A stretch of DNA of 36,867 nt from contig CAVXAH010000002.1 in assembly GCA_963759775.1 (NCBI GenBank), positions 1 through 36,867 of the forward strand, given 5' to 3'. The stretch comes from an uncultured bacterium (lineage in GTDB: Bacteria > Patescibacteriota > Minisyncoccia > Phycocordibacterales > Phycocordibacteraceae). The notes below the pieces were generated by a model. It saw only the letters and a program-made list of their open reading frames with translations, ran no database searches and had not been told where the DNA came from. Below are positions 17,387 through 26,841 of the stretch, in pieces (the stretch's first letter is position 1; every line of letters begins with the position of its first letter). The translations under genes were made by a program, and so were the position numbers.

Positions 17387-18874
17387 ATGCAGTACTTCCT
17401 CTACGCCCGTAAAAGCACTGATGTCGAGGACAAACAAGTTCTCTCCATCGAAGCTCAACTTACCGAACTTCGCGCGCTCGCAGGGCGCGAACAACTCAAC
17501 GTCGTTGAGGTATTCATCGAAAAACAAAGCGCGAAGAAGCCGGGTCGTCCCGTGTTTAACGAAATGATGGCACGTATACAAAAAGGCGAAGCGCAGGGAA
17601 TCGTATGCTGGAAAATTGACCGTCTCGCGCGAAACCCTGTGGATGGCGGACAAGTCCAGTGGCTTCTTCAAAACAGCACCATTCGTCATATCCAAACCCA
17701 CGATCGCTCGTATTATCCAACCGACAACGTGCTTATGATGTCCGTCGAGCTTGGGATGGCGAATCAGTATATCCGCGATTTAAGTGTAAACACTGCACGG
17801 GGACTCCGTGCTAAGGCGCGGGAAGGGCATTTCCCCGGTACTGCGCCCTTTGGATACCGCAACAACAAGCACAAGAAGGTCATTGAGCTAGACCGCAAGA
17901 AATCAAAGGTCGTTCGCGCCGCATTTGTGCGCTATGCAAAAGGCGAATCGAGACTTGAAGATATTTCGCGTTTTCTATATGACAGCGGCGTCCGCAGTTT
18001 CGGCGGAAAACATCTCACCAAAAACCGCACCAAGTTCATCCTCCAAAATCCATTTTATTACGGCCAGTTCCTCTATGCTGGCGAACTCTATAACGGCCGT
18101 CACACGCCACTCATTTCCAAAGCTCTCTTCGACAAAGTACAGACGGTTCTACTGACCCGGAGCCACCCAAGCAAAGCAAAAACCGAGCCGCAAGTCTTTT
18201 GCGGTCTCATGTCTTGCGGCGAGTGCGGCATGGGTATCACCGCCGAGAAGCAGAAAGGCCATGTGTACTATCGCTGTACCAAAAAATCGTCGGCTCCGTG
18301 TTTCCAGCGCTATACGCGCGAAGAAACACTCGCCTCCGATTTTTCAGAGTTGATTTCCATGTTTGTCCTGCCCACAAAATGGGCACAGGACTTTCGCCGC
18401 AGGGCAGAAGAAGATGCAAAAGACACCGAGCGCGTCACAAGCGGCGCGGTTGCTGCCCTCCGCGATCAAATACGCGATCTCAACACCAAGCTCGATCGCC
18501 TTACCGATCTCTACATCGCCCAAGATATCGAGCGCGACGCATACTTAACGAAGCGTCGCGCACTCACATCCGACAAGCGTACGCTTGAAGAACAAATCCT
18601 CACTCTACAGAAAGACGGCGGAGCTTGGCTCGAACCCATGCGCGCGTGGATAAACCACGCGGAAATGCTAGAGAAAATCCAAAAAGACCCCTCTCTCCCC
18701 GCCAAAAAATCCGCCCTTCAAAAAATCTTCGGCTCGAACCTGAAACTCCAAAACCAAAAAGTCTCTGGCACGGCGCACCCTCTATACGCGGCGGTAGCCG
18801 CCGCGCGGGAAAATTCCGGAAATTCCGATTCAGTATCTGTCTGGGTACCAGGGGTGAGACTCGAACTCACATGA
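17387..18874 (+). CDS. Large serine recombinase (resolvase, recombinase, Zn-ribbon and coiled-coil domains)
   Basis: YARKS catalytic Ser, KIDRLARN, APFGY, NPFYYG, HTPLIS, CGECG...YYRC; the last codons are read antisense through tRNA-Leu. Confidence 0.95.
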   Translation: MQYFLYARKSTDVEDKQVLSIEAQLTELRALAGREQLNVVEVFIEKQSAKKPGRPVFNEMMARIQKGEAQGIVCWKIDRLARNPVDGGQVQWLLQNSTIRHIQTHDRSYYPTDNVLMMSVELGMANQYIRDLSVNTARGLRAKAREGHFPGTAPFGYRNNKHKKVIELDRKKSKVVRAAFVRYAKGESRLEDISRFLYDSGVRSFGGKHLTKNRTKFILQNPFYYGQFLYAGELYNGRHTPLISKALFDKVQTVLLTRSHPSKAKTEPQVFCGLMSCGECGMGITAEKQKGHVYYRCTKKSSAPCFQRYTREETLASDFSELISMFVLPTKWAQDFRRRAEEDAKDTERVTSGAVAALRDQIRDLNTKLDRLTDLYIAQDIERDAYLTKRRALTSDKRTLEEQILTLQKDGGAWLEPMRAWINHAEMLEKIQKDPSLPAKKSALQKIFGSNLKLQNQKVSGTAHPLYAAVAAARENSGNSDSVSVWVPGVRLELT

Positions 18875-18934
18875 GGATTTTAAAGGCCTCCGAAGGTTTT
18901 AAGCCTCCTACGTCTACCATTCCGTCACCCTGGC
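18846..18934 (-). tRNA. tRNA-Leu(TAA); integration target, now followed by CCC instead of CCA
   Basis: GCCAGGG/CCCTGGT acceptor stem, GGAGG-CTTAAAA-CCTTC anticodon arm, long variable arm. Confidence 0.93.
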
Positions 18935-18957
18935 TTGTACTCTCAAATATATACGAT

Positions 18958-19032
18958 TGGAGGCCCGGGCGGGAGTTGCACCCGCTCATCGAGGATTTGC
19001 AGTCCCCTGCGTTCCTATTTCGCCACCGGGCC
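18958..19032 (-). tRNA. tRNA-Cys(GCA) with encoded CCA
   Basis: GGCCCGG/CCGGGCC acceptor stem, anticodon loop CTGCAAA, U discriminator; atypical T-loop TGCAACT. Confidence 0.9.
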
Positions 19033-19740
19033 TTTTTGTTTCAAGATTCTCGGGATATCGCTTCTCAAAACACCCCGAAGCTCAAGATACTTTTCAAATA
19101 TAGCGTACTTTCTTCCCATGCATAATGCTTGCGTAAAACCACTTGGATACATGAACAGGAACAGTCGCAAGCTGTCACGAGTTGAATAACGCAATTGATA
19201 GGCACCTTTTGTGCTCCCATGTTTGTATAAACCTGAACCAACCATGCCAATGCGGATAACAAGCCAACGATGTAGGGCCATAAGAAATGCTCTGCTACCG
19301 CTCGTGAATATTGTAAGGAGACGTTTCGGCTTACCATGAACGACATCGATGTGTGCACAGCCATCACCATCGAAATATCCACGCACGAACGCGCTGAGGT
19401 AGGGTAGAGGCACCTTAGGAAACCTCATCGTCATTGATTTATGAGGAGTTACTCCGTGCGAAACAAGGCCGTCATACAACGCATGATTCCCGATACGGAG
19501 TAAATACTTGGTCTTGTGGTTATCTGTGCCGTCAATACGAATTATCGTATGACGAGAACCAAGCAAAGAGCGTATAGTATCGATTCTGTCCTTGTCAGTA
19601 CTGCTCACCCGCACATATTTACCGCGTATGCCAGAAGCGTTTTCAAGACTTCCGTCGGCATATAAATACCCAAGAACATAGGCAACTTCTTCGTTCCACG
19701 TATCAAAAAATTTCTCGTTTACAGAATATTTAACTCCCAT
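19015..19740 (-). CDS. Free-standing LAGLIDADG homing-endonuclease-family protein
   Basis: Two motifs AYVLGYLYADGS and AFVRGYFDGDGC; stop codon lies inside tRNA-Cys. Confidence 0.88.
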   Translation of the reverse strand: MGVKYSVNEKFFDTWNEEVAYVLGYLYADGSLENASGIRGKYVRVSSTDKDRIDTIRSLLGSRHTIIRIDGTDNHKTKYLLRIGNHALYDGLVSHGVTPHKSMTMRFPKVPLPYLSAFVRGYFDGDGCAHIDVVHGKPKRLLTIFTSGSRAFLMALHRWLVIRIGMVGSGLYKHGSTKGAYQLRYSTRDSLRLFLFMYPSGFTQALCMGRKYAIFEKYLELRGVLRSDIPRILKQKGPVAK

Positions 19741-19808
19741 CACTTCTTATGATAAGTGGTAACGATATATACTGCAATAAATGTGGGGTGGAAAACGATT
19801 TTTGAAAA

Positions 19809-20159
19809 TCAGATGTTGCGACCCAAGTCGTCCAGTTTTTGTCGACTTTTCTCCCCGTTGTCCGGCATAAAGTCTACGCGTGGCAGGGGTTTTAACCGGG
19901 TGTGCTTTTTAAGATGTTCTGAAAACTCCTGTCGCTGGCGTGAGAGCATGAAAAGTGCACCTTTTGTTTTTTCTTCCGGAAAGACGCTCACGAAAACAAT
20001 GGCGCGGTCGCCGTGTGACGTAAGCATCGCACGGGTTACCGTAATGAGGGATTCATTTCCTGCTTCACGCAGAATAAACACTGCGGCCTCATGAGCTATT
20101 TGCTCGGCCGCACGACTGTCATGGTGATTGTTTTTTGGTGTGAGCGGAGTCAGTTTCAT
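19809..20159 (-). CDS. rbfA: Ribosome-binding factor A
   Basis: LITVTRA..AIVFVSV, LKPLPRVDFMPD; immediately downstream of infB. Confidence 0.85.
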   Translation of the reverse strand: MKLTPLTPKNNHHDSRAAEQIAHEAAVFILREAGNESLITVTRAMLTSHGDRAIVFVSVFPEEKTKGALFMLSRQRQEFSEHLKKHTRLKPLPRVDFMPDNGEKSRQKLDDLGRNI

Positions 20160-20278
20160 CCCGTTAGAGGTAGGAAATCGGAGATTTCCGTACGATTATC
20201 AACGCGAGTAATGGATTCGACCTCATTGTCCAGTTAAGAATATCACCAACTGATCTGCGGTTTTTACCTCTAACGGGA
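20159..20278. mobile_element. 120-bp MITE with 14-bp TIRs and a 4-bp target duplication
   Basis: TCCCGTTAGAGGTA/TACCTCTAACGGGA termini; TTCA at 20155-20158 and 20279-20282. Confidence 0.8.
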
Positions 20279-20279
20279 T

Positions 20280-21752
20280 TCATTTTTCAACAGTGCGAAA
20301 GGGAATCAATGTATCGCCTGGAGCGGCGTCTTCTTTTGCCGCAATTTCTGTACCAAAGTCGCCCTCGGTGCGCACCTCTTTCACGTCCGCTCGCGCCTGC
20401 TGCAAGTTCTCCACTTTGCCGCGCGCAATGACGATATCGCGACGCACAATCTTCACCAGATTGCCCACGGCAAATGCTCCCGACACAAGCTTTACTCCAA
20501 GGACTTGTCGTTTTGAACCAGATGAGAAAGTTCGGACTACTGTTCCGCGTCCGAGCTCTTCTTCAACTGCCAGTTTTGGCGCACGTGCTGTGACAAGCGC
20601 CGCTACTTTTTCCGAAAGCTCATAAATAATAGTAAATGATTCAATGGGAGTGTTCTCACGAAGCCCCACCTCGCGAGCCGCAGGTTCGGTCGGCGTATTA
20701 AAAGCAATGACCACTCCGTGGGACGCGCCCGCCGCCTTCACATCTCCAAGAGAAACCGCGCCTACCCCCGAGGAAACAATACGTATCTGCACGTGCTCAT
20801 GAGTAATTTTTTTGAGCTCGTGAAATATTGCGTCCACGGACCCTGCGACGTCTGCTTTTATAACAAGGGGGAGCTCGGCAACACCTTCGGTATGAGGAGC
20901 GTTTACCTGCGCTGGAGTGCGCGTTGTGGTCGCGAAGCGCGCGAGGGCGGCCTCCGCTTCTTTGCGGGAGGAAACCGTAGTGAAAGGAGTGCCTGCGGCA
21001 GGAAGTTTTGAAAAACCGGAAATGCGAACTGGCTCGGAAGGGCCTGCCTGGTCAATTCTTTTCCCGAGGAAATTTTCAATAAAGCGGACAGGCGCATACG
21101 CGTCCCCAGCAACTACGAACGAGCCAGTTTCAAGCACGCCGTCCTTAAGAATAAGTGTGGCCGAGGAGCCGCGTTTCGCGTCTTGCATAGACTCAAGTAC
21201 GAATCCTTTCGGAGAGGCACCAGGCGTCGAAGACAAGCCGGCAAGGTCTGCAGCAAGCAGCACAAGGTCAAGGAGCTCCGGTATTCCCTGGCCATTTTTT
21301 GAAGAAACGGCTGCGAACGCGATTTCGCCACCAAGGCCTTCAAGGTAGATGCCTTTCTCAAGGAGAGAAGACTTTGCGTGTTCAATGTTCGCATTGTTTT
21401 TATCAATTTTCGTCAATGCGACCACAAAAGGAATTTTTGCTTCCTGTATTGCCGCGTACGCATCCATTGTTTGAGGCATGACACCTTCATCGGCCGCGAC
21501 GACGAGAATAGCGATGTCCGCAGCGGACGCACCGCGGGCGCGAAGTGCCTTGAAGGCTTCGTGGCCCGGTGTGTCCAAAAAGGTGACCGGTCGTCCATTG
21601 TGCTCTGCAATGTATGCCGCGACGTGTTGCGTGATGCCTCCCGCTTCGCCAGCAACGACATTTGATTTGCGGATGTAGTCAAGAAGCGAAGACTTGCCGT
21701 GGTCTATGTGGCCCATCACTGCGATGACGGGCGGTCGTGTTGCGATCGCCAT
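20280..21752 (-). CDS. infB: Translation initiation factor IF-2 (no N-terminal extension)
   Basis: [47 protein letters not shown]. Confidence 0.96.
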   Translation of the reverse strand: MAIATRPPVIAVMGHIDHGKSSLLDYIRKSNVVAGEAGGITQHVAAYIAEHNGRPVTFLDTPGHEAFKALRARGASAADIAILVVAADEGVMPQTMDAYAAIQEAKIPFVVALTKIDKNNANIEHAKSSLLEKGIYLEGLGGEIAFAAVSSKNGQGIPELLDLVLLAADLAGLSSTPGASPKGFVLESMQDAKRGSSATLILKDGVLETGSFVVAGDAYAPVRFIENFLGKRIDQAGPSEPVRISGFSKLPAAGTPFTTVSSRKEAEAALARFATTTRTPAQVNAPHTEGVAELPLVIKADVAGSVDAIFHELKKITHEHVQIRIVSSGVGAVSLGDVKAAGASHGVVIAFNTPTEPAAREVGLRENTPIESFTIIYELSEKVAALVTARAPKLAVEEELGRGTVVRTFSSGSKRQVLGVKLVSGAFAVGNLVKIVRRDIVIARGKVENLQQARADVKEVRTEGDFGTEIAAKEDAAPGDTLIPFRTVEK

Positions 21753-21807
21753 TGTAGGCTGATTTCATCACAAAAGAGACATGTCCGCAATCATGTACAA
21801 TCACCGC

Positions 21808-22953
21808 ATGTTTTGGAAAAGACGTGTATATCTGGATGCCGCGGCGGCTGTACCGGTCAAAAAAGAGGCCGCGCGTGCGTACGCACGCGCGGCAATAGAG
21901 TTTGGGAATCCCTCATCGGCGCACGAGGAAGGAAGGCGCGCAAAAGACGTTCTTGAGGACGCGCGGCGAGATATTGCACGGCTTACGGAAGTTAAACCAG
22001 ACGACGTGATCTTTACTTCTGGCGCAACCGAAGCGAACGCGCTTGTCGTTCTCGGACTACCAAAGGAGGGGCAACACGTTCTTTATTTACCAAGCGCGCA
22101 TGCATCAGTTGTGGAGAATATGAATCTCCTTTTGAAACGAGACGTAGTCGTAGAACCACTTCCTATAAAAAATGGTCGCGTGGACACAGATGCGCTTCGC
22201 ACCATGCTCCGCCCAAATACTGTTCTTATTTCCATGGACGCGGTGTGCGGGGAGACCGGAACGATTTGGAACACGCGAGAGGTTGCGCAGGCAATAAAAA
22301 ATGCCGACTCCCGCGCGCGCCTTCATGTAGATGCAAGCCAAACACCGCTCTCGGAAAAGCTCACGCGCGCGCATTTTTCCGCCGACCTTATGACACTGGA
22401 TTCCGGAAAAGCAGGTGGTGTCCGCGGTATGGGATGCCTTATTGCTCACCGAACGATTCCGCTCGCTCCACTCTTTGGCGGCGGATCCCAAGAAAGAGGA
22501 TTGCGGCCGGGGACGGAGAATCCAGCTCTTGCCGCGGCATTTGCCGCGGCACTCATTGCGTGCGCACGTGAACGAGATTCATTTCGAGAAAGTGCGGAAG
22601 CTGACCGAGCATTTCTCACAGAATTCATCTCAACGAATATTCCAAAGTTCCATCTAAATGGCGGCAAGGAAACTGTTCCGCATATTCTCAATATTTCACT
22701 TCTTGGACGTGATACGGACTACCTTGTAGCACTTCTAAGTGAGGCAGGGTACGCGGTCGCTACCAAGAGCGCCTGTGAGACTGATTCGGAAGAGGGGTCT
22801 CGTGCCGTTTTCGCTCTCTCGGGCGACGCAGAAAGGGCAAAAAGCACCCTCCGAATCTCGTGGGGAACCTCGGTTTCGAGGCGAGATTTAGAGCGATTTG
22901 CGCGCGAACTCAAGAAGGAGGTTGTATTTCTTGACAGAGCTGTACGTCAGTAG
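21808..22953 (+). CDS. Cysteine desulfurase (class V aminotransferase, IscS/NifS-like)
   Basis: YLDAAA, GNPSSAH, IFTSGATEAN, HVDASQ, GGGSQERGLRPGTEN, KSAC; TACAAT 6 nt before ATG 21808. Confidence 0.9.
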   Translation: MFWKRRVYLDAAAAVPVKKEAARAYARAAIEFGNPSSAHEEGRRAKDVLEDARRDIARLTEVKPDDVIFTSGATEANALVVLGLPKEGQHVLYLPSAHASVVENMNLLLKRDVVVEPLPIKNGRVDTDALRTMLRPNTVLISMDAVCGETGTIWNTREVAQAIKNADSRARLHVDASQTPLSEKLTRAHFSADLMTLDSGKAGGVRGMGCLIAHRTIPLAPLFGGGSQERGLRPGTENPALAAAFAAALIACARERDSFRESAEADRAFLTEFISTNIPKFHLNGGKETVPHILNISLLGRDTDYLVALLSEAGYAVATKSACETDSEEGSRAVFALSGDAERAKSTLRISWGTSVSRRDLERFARELKKEVVFLDRAVRQ

Positions 22954-22965
22954 CATTATAGACGC

Positions 22966-23724
22966 ATGAATATAGAAGAACTCTCCAAGTCCCAACTTAT
23001 TCTTCTCACGATTTTAGTGAACTTTGTGACTTCCGTTGCGACCGGCATTTTGACCGTGTCGCTCCTTGACCACGCACCGCCGGTGGTGACACAGACGGTC
23101 AACCGCATTGTTGAGCGAACCGTTGAGACGGTGGCACAAGCGGCACCCGCAACCATCATCAAAGCGCCCGCGCCGGCGCCCTCGACCGAAGAGCTGGTGA
23201 CGGGTGCCATCGCCGAATCTGCTGCACGACTCACATGGATTTATAACGAGTCAACCGGTACCACGACACCCGCCATCAGCATTAGCATGTATTTGCCAAA
23301 ATCAAGAACGGTTGTCACGGCGGCAGGCGATCATCTACCCGCGAAAGCACTCATAGAATTTGCAGATGGCTCCACGGCTTCTGCCTCCTTGAAGCGCTCA
23401 GGAAATGGCCTTGCGGTGTATGGTTTTGCTGACGATGCAAAATTGCCGAGCGCCACAGCACCCACGCTTATTGCCGCAAAAGATTTGAAGCTCGGACAGA
23501 CCGTACTTGCGATTGGAACCGACGGAAGCGCCGCAACCGCTATTGTCTCGCGCGTTACCGATACCGCCATTTATACGACCCTTCCGAGCGTAGGCAGAGG
23601 TGCCGCCGCTATTGATCTCTCCGGCAACCTGATTGGTATCACGACCGGGGAAGCGGCGGGAGTGCTCGTGAGCGCTGAGCACATTCCTGAACTCCTCACC
23701 GATCCGTCCACCCCTGCGACCTAG
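22966..23724 (+). CDS. Membrane-anchored degenerate trypsin/HtrA-like protein
   Basis: N-terminal TM; LKLGQTVLAIG and GAAAIDLSGNLIGI resemble HtrA, but GNSGG is absent. Confidence 0.6.
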   Translation: MNIEELSKSQLILLTILVNFVTSVATGILTVSLLDHAPPVVTQTVNRIVERTVETVAQAAPATIIKAPAPAPSTEELVTGAIAESAARLTWIYNESTGTTTPAISISMYLPKSRTVVTAAGDHLPAKALIEFADGSTASASLKRSGNGLAVYGFADDAKLPSATAPTLIAAKDLKLGQTVLAIGTDGSAATAIVSRVTDTAIYTTLPSVGRGAAAIDLSGNLIGITTGEAAGVLVSAEHIPELLTDPSTPAT

Positions 23725-23764
23725 GGGATTTGGGGTATAAACTCAAAAACGATACACTGTACCC

Positions 23765-26461
23765 ATGCCTCCTTTCAAAAACTTCACCACCAAAGCAAAA
23801 GAAGCGGTGCGACGCGCACACGAGCTTGCGATTGAGCGCGGACAAAACCACGTCTCGCCACTCCACCTCCTCGCCGCACTCGTCCTTCAGGAAGAGAGCC
23901 TCGTATTTTCTATGCTTGATCGGATGGAGGTGGACACTATTTTGCTTTCCGACGCCATTTTGGAAAACCTTGAGACTCCCGAGAGTGCCTCAACCCTCTC
24001 TCCTTCCTACCAGATTTATCTCACCCCTGACCTTGCTCAGGCACTTGAAGCCGCCGGCAAGGTGGCTGCGCGCTTGAACGACGCGTTCGTCGGAACTGAA
24101 CACCTTTTCCTTGCGGTTATTGAACACCCAGGGCCCGTGGCAGATACCCTTACCCGTTTTCGTATCACAAAAGACTCAGCATCTTCGGTTCTCAAAGAAT
24201 TGCGCGCGGCAAAAGAGGGAGGAGTGGAGGAACCGAAGCGTTTCCGTGCGCTTTCAAAATACGCGCGCAACCTCACAAAGCTCGCCGCTGAAAACAAACT
24301 TGATCCAGTTATTGGCCGAGACATTGAGATTAATCGTGTAATCCAAATCCTCTCGCGCCGCACTAAAAACAACCCCGTGTTGATCGGCGAGGCAGGCGTC
24401 GGCAAAACTGCGATAGCCGAAGGGCTTGCGTCCCGCATGGCGGTCAACGACGTGCCTGAGTCTTTGAAAGGCAAAGAACTTTTGCTTCTTGATCTTGGTC
24501 TTATGATTGCTGGCACAAAATATCGTGGTGAATTTGAAGAGCGAATGAAAAACGTCATGAAAGAAGTGGAGCGCGCCGAAGGGAAAGTAATTATTTTCGT
24601 AGATGAGCTCCACACACTTGTGGGCGCCGGTGCCGCAGAGGGCGCGCTTGATGCTTCAAATATGTTGAAGCCTGCGCTCGCGCGTGGTGAACTCCGTATC
24701 ATTGGCGCAACGACCATTAAGGAGTATCAGAAGCATATTGAAAAAGATGCCGCCCTCACACGCCGTTTCCAGCCGATTTATGTGAACGAGCCGTCAGTTG
24801 AAGATGCGGTCGCCATCTTGCGCGGTCTTCGCGATAAATACGAACTTTTCCACGGCGTGCGCATTACTGATGGCGCAATTGTATCTGCGGTGGAGCTTTC
24901 CTCGCGCTACATCGCTGACCGGTTCCTTCCTGACAAAGCCATTGACCTTATTGATGAGGCGGCCTCGGGACTGCGCATTGCGCTTGAAAACAAGCCGCCC
25001 ATACTTGAAGAAACTGATCGCAAGATTCGCCGTCTTGAGATTGAGCGCGAAGCACTTAAAAAAGATGAAGCAAGTGCCTCGGATGGGAGTGACCGCGAAC
25101 GCACAAAAGAAATTAAAGACCGTTTGAAGAAAATTGAGAGCGAGGTAGCAGACCTGAAAGAAACAACCTCAGAACTTGAACTCAAGTGGAAGAATGAAAA
25201 GGAAGTGCTCGGTGACATTAGAAAGGCGAAAACAGAACTTGAGAAATTAAAAATTCAAGCTGACAACGCGGAAGTCGCCGCAGATCTTGGTACGACCGCT
25301 GAAATTCGCTACGGCAAGATCCCGGCATTTCAAAAAGAGCTTGAACAAAAGTTGAAGCGCTTAAAGGTTTTGCAGAAATCGCGCCGCGTGCTTCACGAGG
25401 AAGTGACTGAGCACGAAATCGCAGGTGTCGTTTCAAGATGGACCGGTATTCCGGTTTCAAAAATGATAGAAGAGGAAGCGGTAAAGCTCACCCGCATGGA
25501 AGAAGCTTTGAAGAAGGGGATTGTGGGACAGGACGGCGCAGTAAAGAAGGTTTCGGACGCAGTGAAGCGTTCGCGTGTGGGCATTGCGGACCCGAACCGC
25601 CCTATCGGTTCCTTCCTCTTTTTGGGACCAACGGGTGTGGGCAAAACCGAACTCTCGCGCCAACTCGCGGAATTTATGTTTAACGACCCGGACGCGCTCG
25701 TGCGTGTAGATATGAGCGAATTCATGGAGAAGCACTCGGTCGCAAAACTGATAGGCGCACCACCCGGCTATGTGGGATACGAGGAGTCAGGGTCGCTCAC
25801 TGAGCGCATCCGTCATCGCCCATACGCCGTCCTCCTCTTTGATGAAATTGAAAAGGCGCACCCCGAAGTCTTCAATATCCTTCTCCAAGTGCTTGATTCG
25901 GGGCACCTCACTGATGGCAAAGGCCGCAAAGTGAATTTCAAAAACACAATCATCATTCTGACGAGCAATATCGGTAGCGAATTTATGGACCGCCTTGCAC
26001 ACATAGGCTTCGGCTCAAGTGATGCAACGGAAGCGTCGCGTTATGCAGAGACCAAGGACAAGGTGATGGGCGCTCTTAAAGACCATTTCCGTCCGGAGTT
26101 CCTGAACCGTTTGGACGACATCATTATTTTCGACACACTTGTAAAAGAAGCACTTATGGGCATCGTGGAAAGACAAGTGGAGGAAGTAGTGAAGCGGCTT
26201 TCTTTGAAGAGAATCTCACTCGTTGTCTTACCGGAAGTGCGTACATGGCTTTCTGAGGTGGGGTACAACCCACAGTATGGTGCGCGACCACTCCGACGTA
26301 CCATTCAAGACAAAATCCTCACGCCGCTCGCATCCATGATGGTTGCGCAAGGAGTGATGGAAGGAGGTTTGGTAACGGTCTCGCTCAAGAATAATGAACC
26401 CGTGTTTGAGGTTAAAAAGCGAGCCCCAAAAACTAAACACGCCGAGCCAGCGCTCGCATAA
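23765..26461 (+). CDS. clpB: ATP-dependent chaperone ClpB
   Basis: Clp-N domain, [15 protein letters not shown], long coiled-coil middle domain, [17 protein letters not shown]. Confidence 0.93.
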   Translation: MPPFKNFTTKAKEAVRRAHELAIERGQNHVSPLHLLAALVLQEESLVFSMLDRMEVDTILLSDAILENLETPESASTLSPSYQIYLTPDLAQALEAAGKVAARLNDAFVGTEHLFLAVIEHPGPVADTLTRFRITKDSASSVLKELRAAKEGGVEEPKRFRALSKYARNLTKLAAENKLDPVIGRDIEINRVIQILSRRTKNNPVLIGEAGVGKTAIAEGLASRMAVNDVPESLKGKELLLLDLGLMIAGTKYRGEFEERMKNVMKEVERAEGKVIIFVDELHTLVGAGAAEGALDASNMLKPALARGELRIIGATTIKEYQKHIEKDAALTRRFQPIYVNEPSVEDAVAILRGLRDKYELFHGVRITDGAIVSAVELSSRYIADRFLPDKAIDLIDEAASGLRIALENKPPILEETDRKIRRLEIEREALKKDEASASDGSDRERTKEIKDRLKKIESEVADLKETTSELELKWKNEKEVLGDIRKAKTELEKLKIQADNAEVAADLGTTAEIRYGKIPAFQKELEQKLKRLKVLQKSRRVLHEEVTEHEIAGVVSRWTGIPVSKMIEEEAVKLTRMEEALKKGIVGQDGAVKKVSDAVKRSRVGIADPNRPIGSFLFLGPTGVGKTELSRQLAEFMFNDPDALVRVDMSEFMEKHSVAKLIGAPPGYVGYEESGSLTERIRHRPYAVLLFDEIEKAHPEVFNILLQVLDSGHLTDGKGRKVNFKNTIIILTSNIGSEFMDRLAHIGFGSSDATEASRYAETKDKVMGALKDHFRPEFLNRLDDIIIFDTLVKEALMGIVERQVEEVVKRLSLKRISLVVLPEVRTWLSEVGYNPQYGARPLRRTIQDKILTPLASMMVAQGVMEGGLVTVSLKNNEPVFEVKKRAPKTKHAEPALA

Positions 26462-26499
26462 GGTTTGCGCAAACACATCAGTTCTGGTAGATTCCTCGC

Positions 26500-26655
26500 A
26501 TGTCACAGGATCAACTCATAAAGCTCAAGTCCACGAAGTCGGACCACGTTCGCTATACCCGTAAAAACAGAAAGAAGGTTGAGCGAAAAATTGAGCTCAT
26601 AAAGTTTGACCCAAACCTCCGAAAACGCGTTACCTACAAAGAAACGAAGAAATAA
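26500..26655 (+). CDS. rpmG: 50S ribosomal protein L33 (Cys-free form)
   Basis: Manual translation MSQDQLIKLKSTKSDHVRYTRKNRKKVERKIELIKFDPNLRKRVTYKETKK; below the ORF-track length cutoff. Confidence 0.93.
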   Translation: MSQDQLIKLKSTKSDHVRYTRKNRKKVERKIELIKFDPNLRKRVTYKETKK

Positions 26656-26709
26656 GAAACCAGCGGCGCCTAACGGCGCCGCGAGGTTTTATGTTATCCT
26701 CACGCGTAC

Positions 26710-26783
26710 GGGTCCATCGTATAATGGTAGTACAGCGGCCTCCAAATCCGCTAGCGTAGGTCCGATTCCTACTGGGCCCGCCA
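26710..26783 (+). tRNA. tRNA-Trp(CCA)
   Basis: GGGTCCA/TGGGCCC acceptor stem, anticodon loop CTCCAAA, G discriminator plus CCA. Confidence 0.9.
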
Positions 26784-26841
26784 AAAATTGAAGTGTGGGG
26801 AAAGTCACTTTCATGCGTTTTTTAGACGTTATACTTTAAAT

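Larger units (their letters stand above)
13490..18848. mobile_element. Integrative element with a large serine recombinase, inserted at the 3' end of tRNA-Leu(TAA)
   Basis: GGTAC direct repeat at 13490-13494 and 18844-18848. Joining the flanks restores tRNA ...CCCTGGT-A-CCA. Joining the inner ends gives the sequence found inverted at 15920-16161. Cargo is AT-richer than the flanking genes. Confidence 0.9.

Noticed and set aside
20280-21752. Short IF2 as a pseudogene
   Set aside because: The G-domain and C-terminal domains are intact; loss of the N-terminal extension is common in reduced genomes.
26710-26783. Alternative genetic code (UGA recoding as in Gracilibacteria/SR1)
   Set aside because: Core genes are uninterrupted in code 11, TGA is used as a stop (infB, ahpC, dprA), and the tRNA anticodon is CCA.
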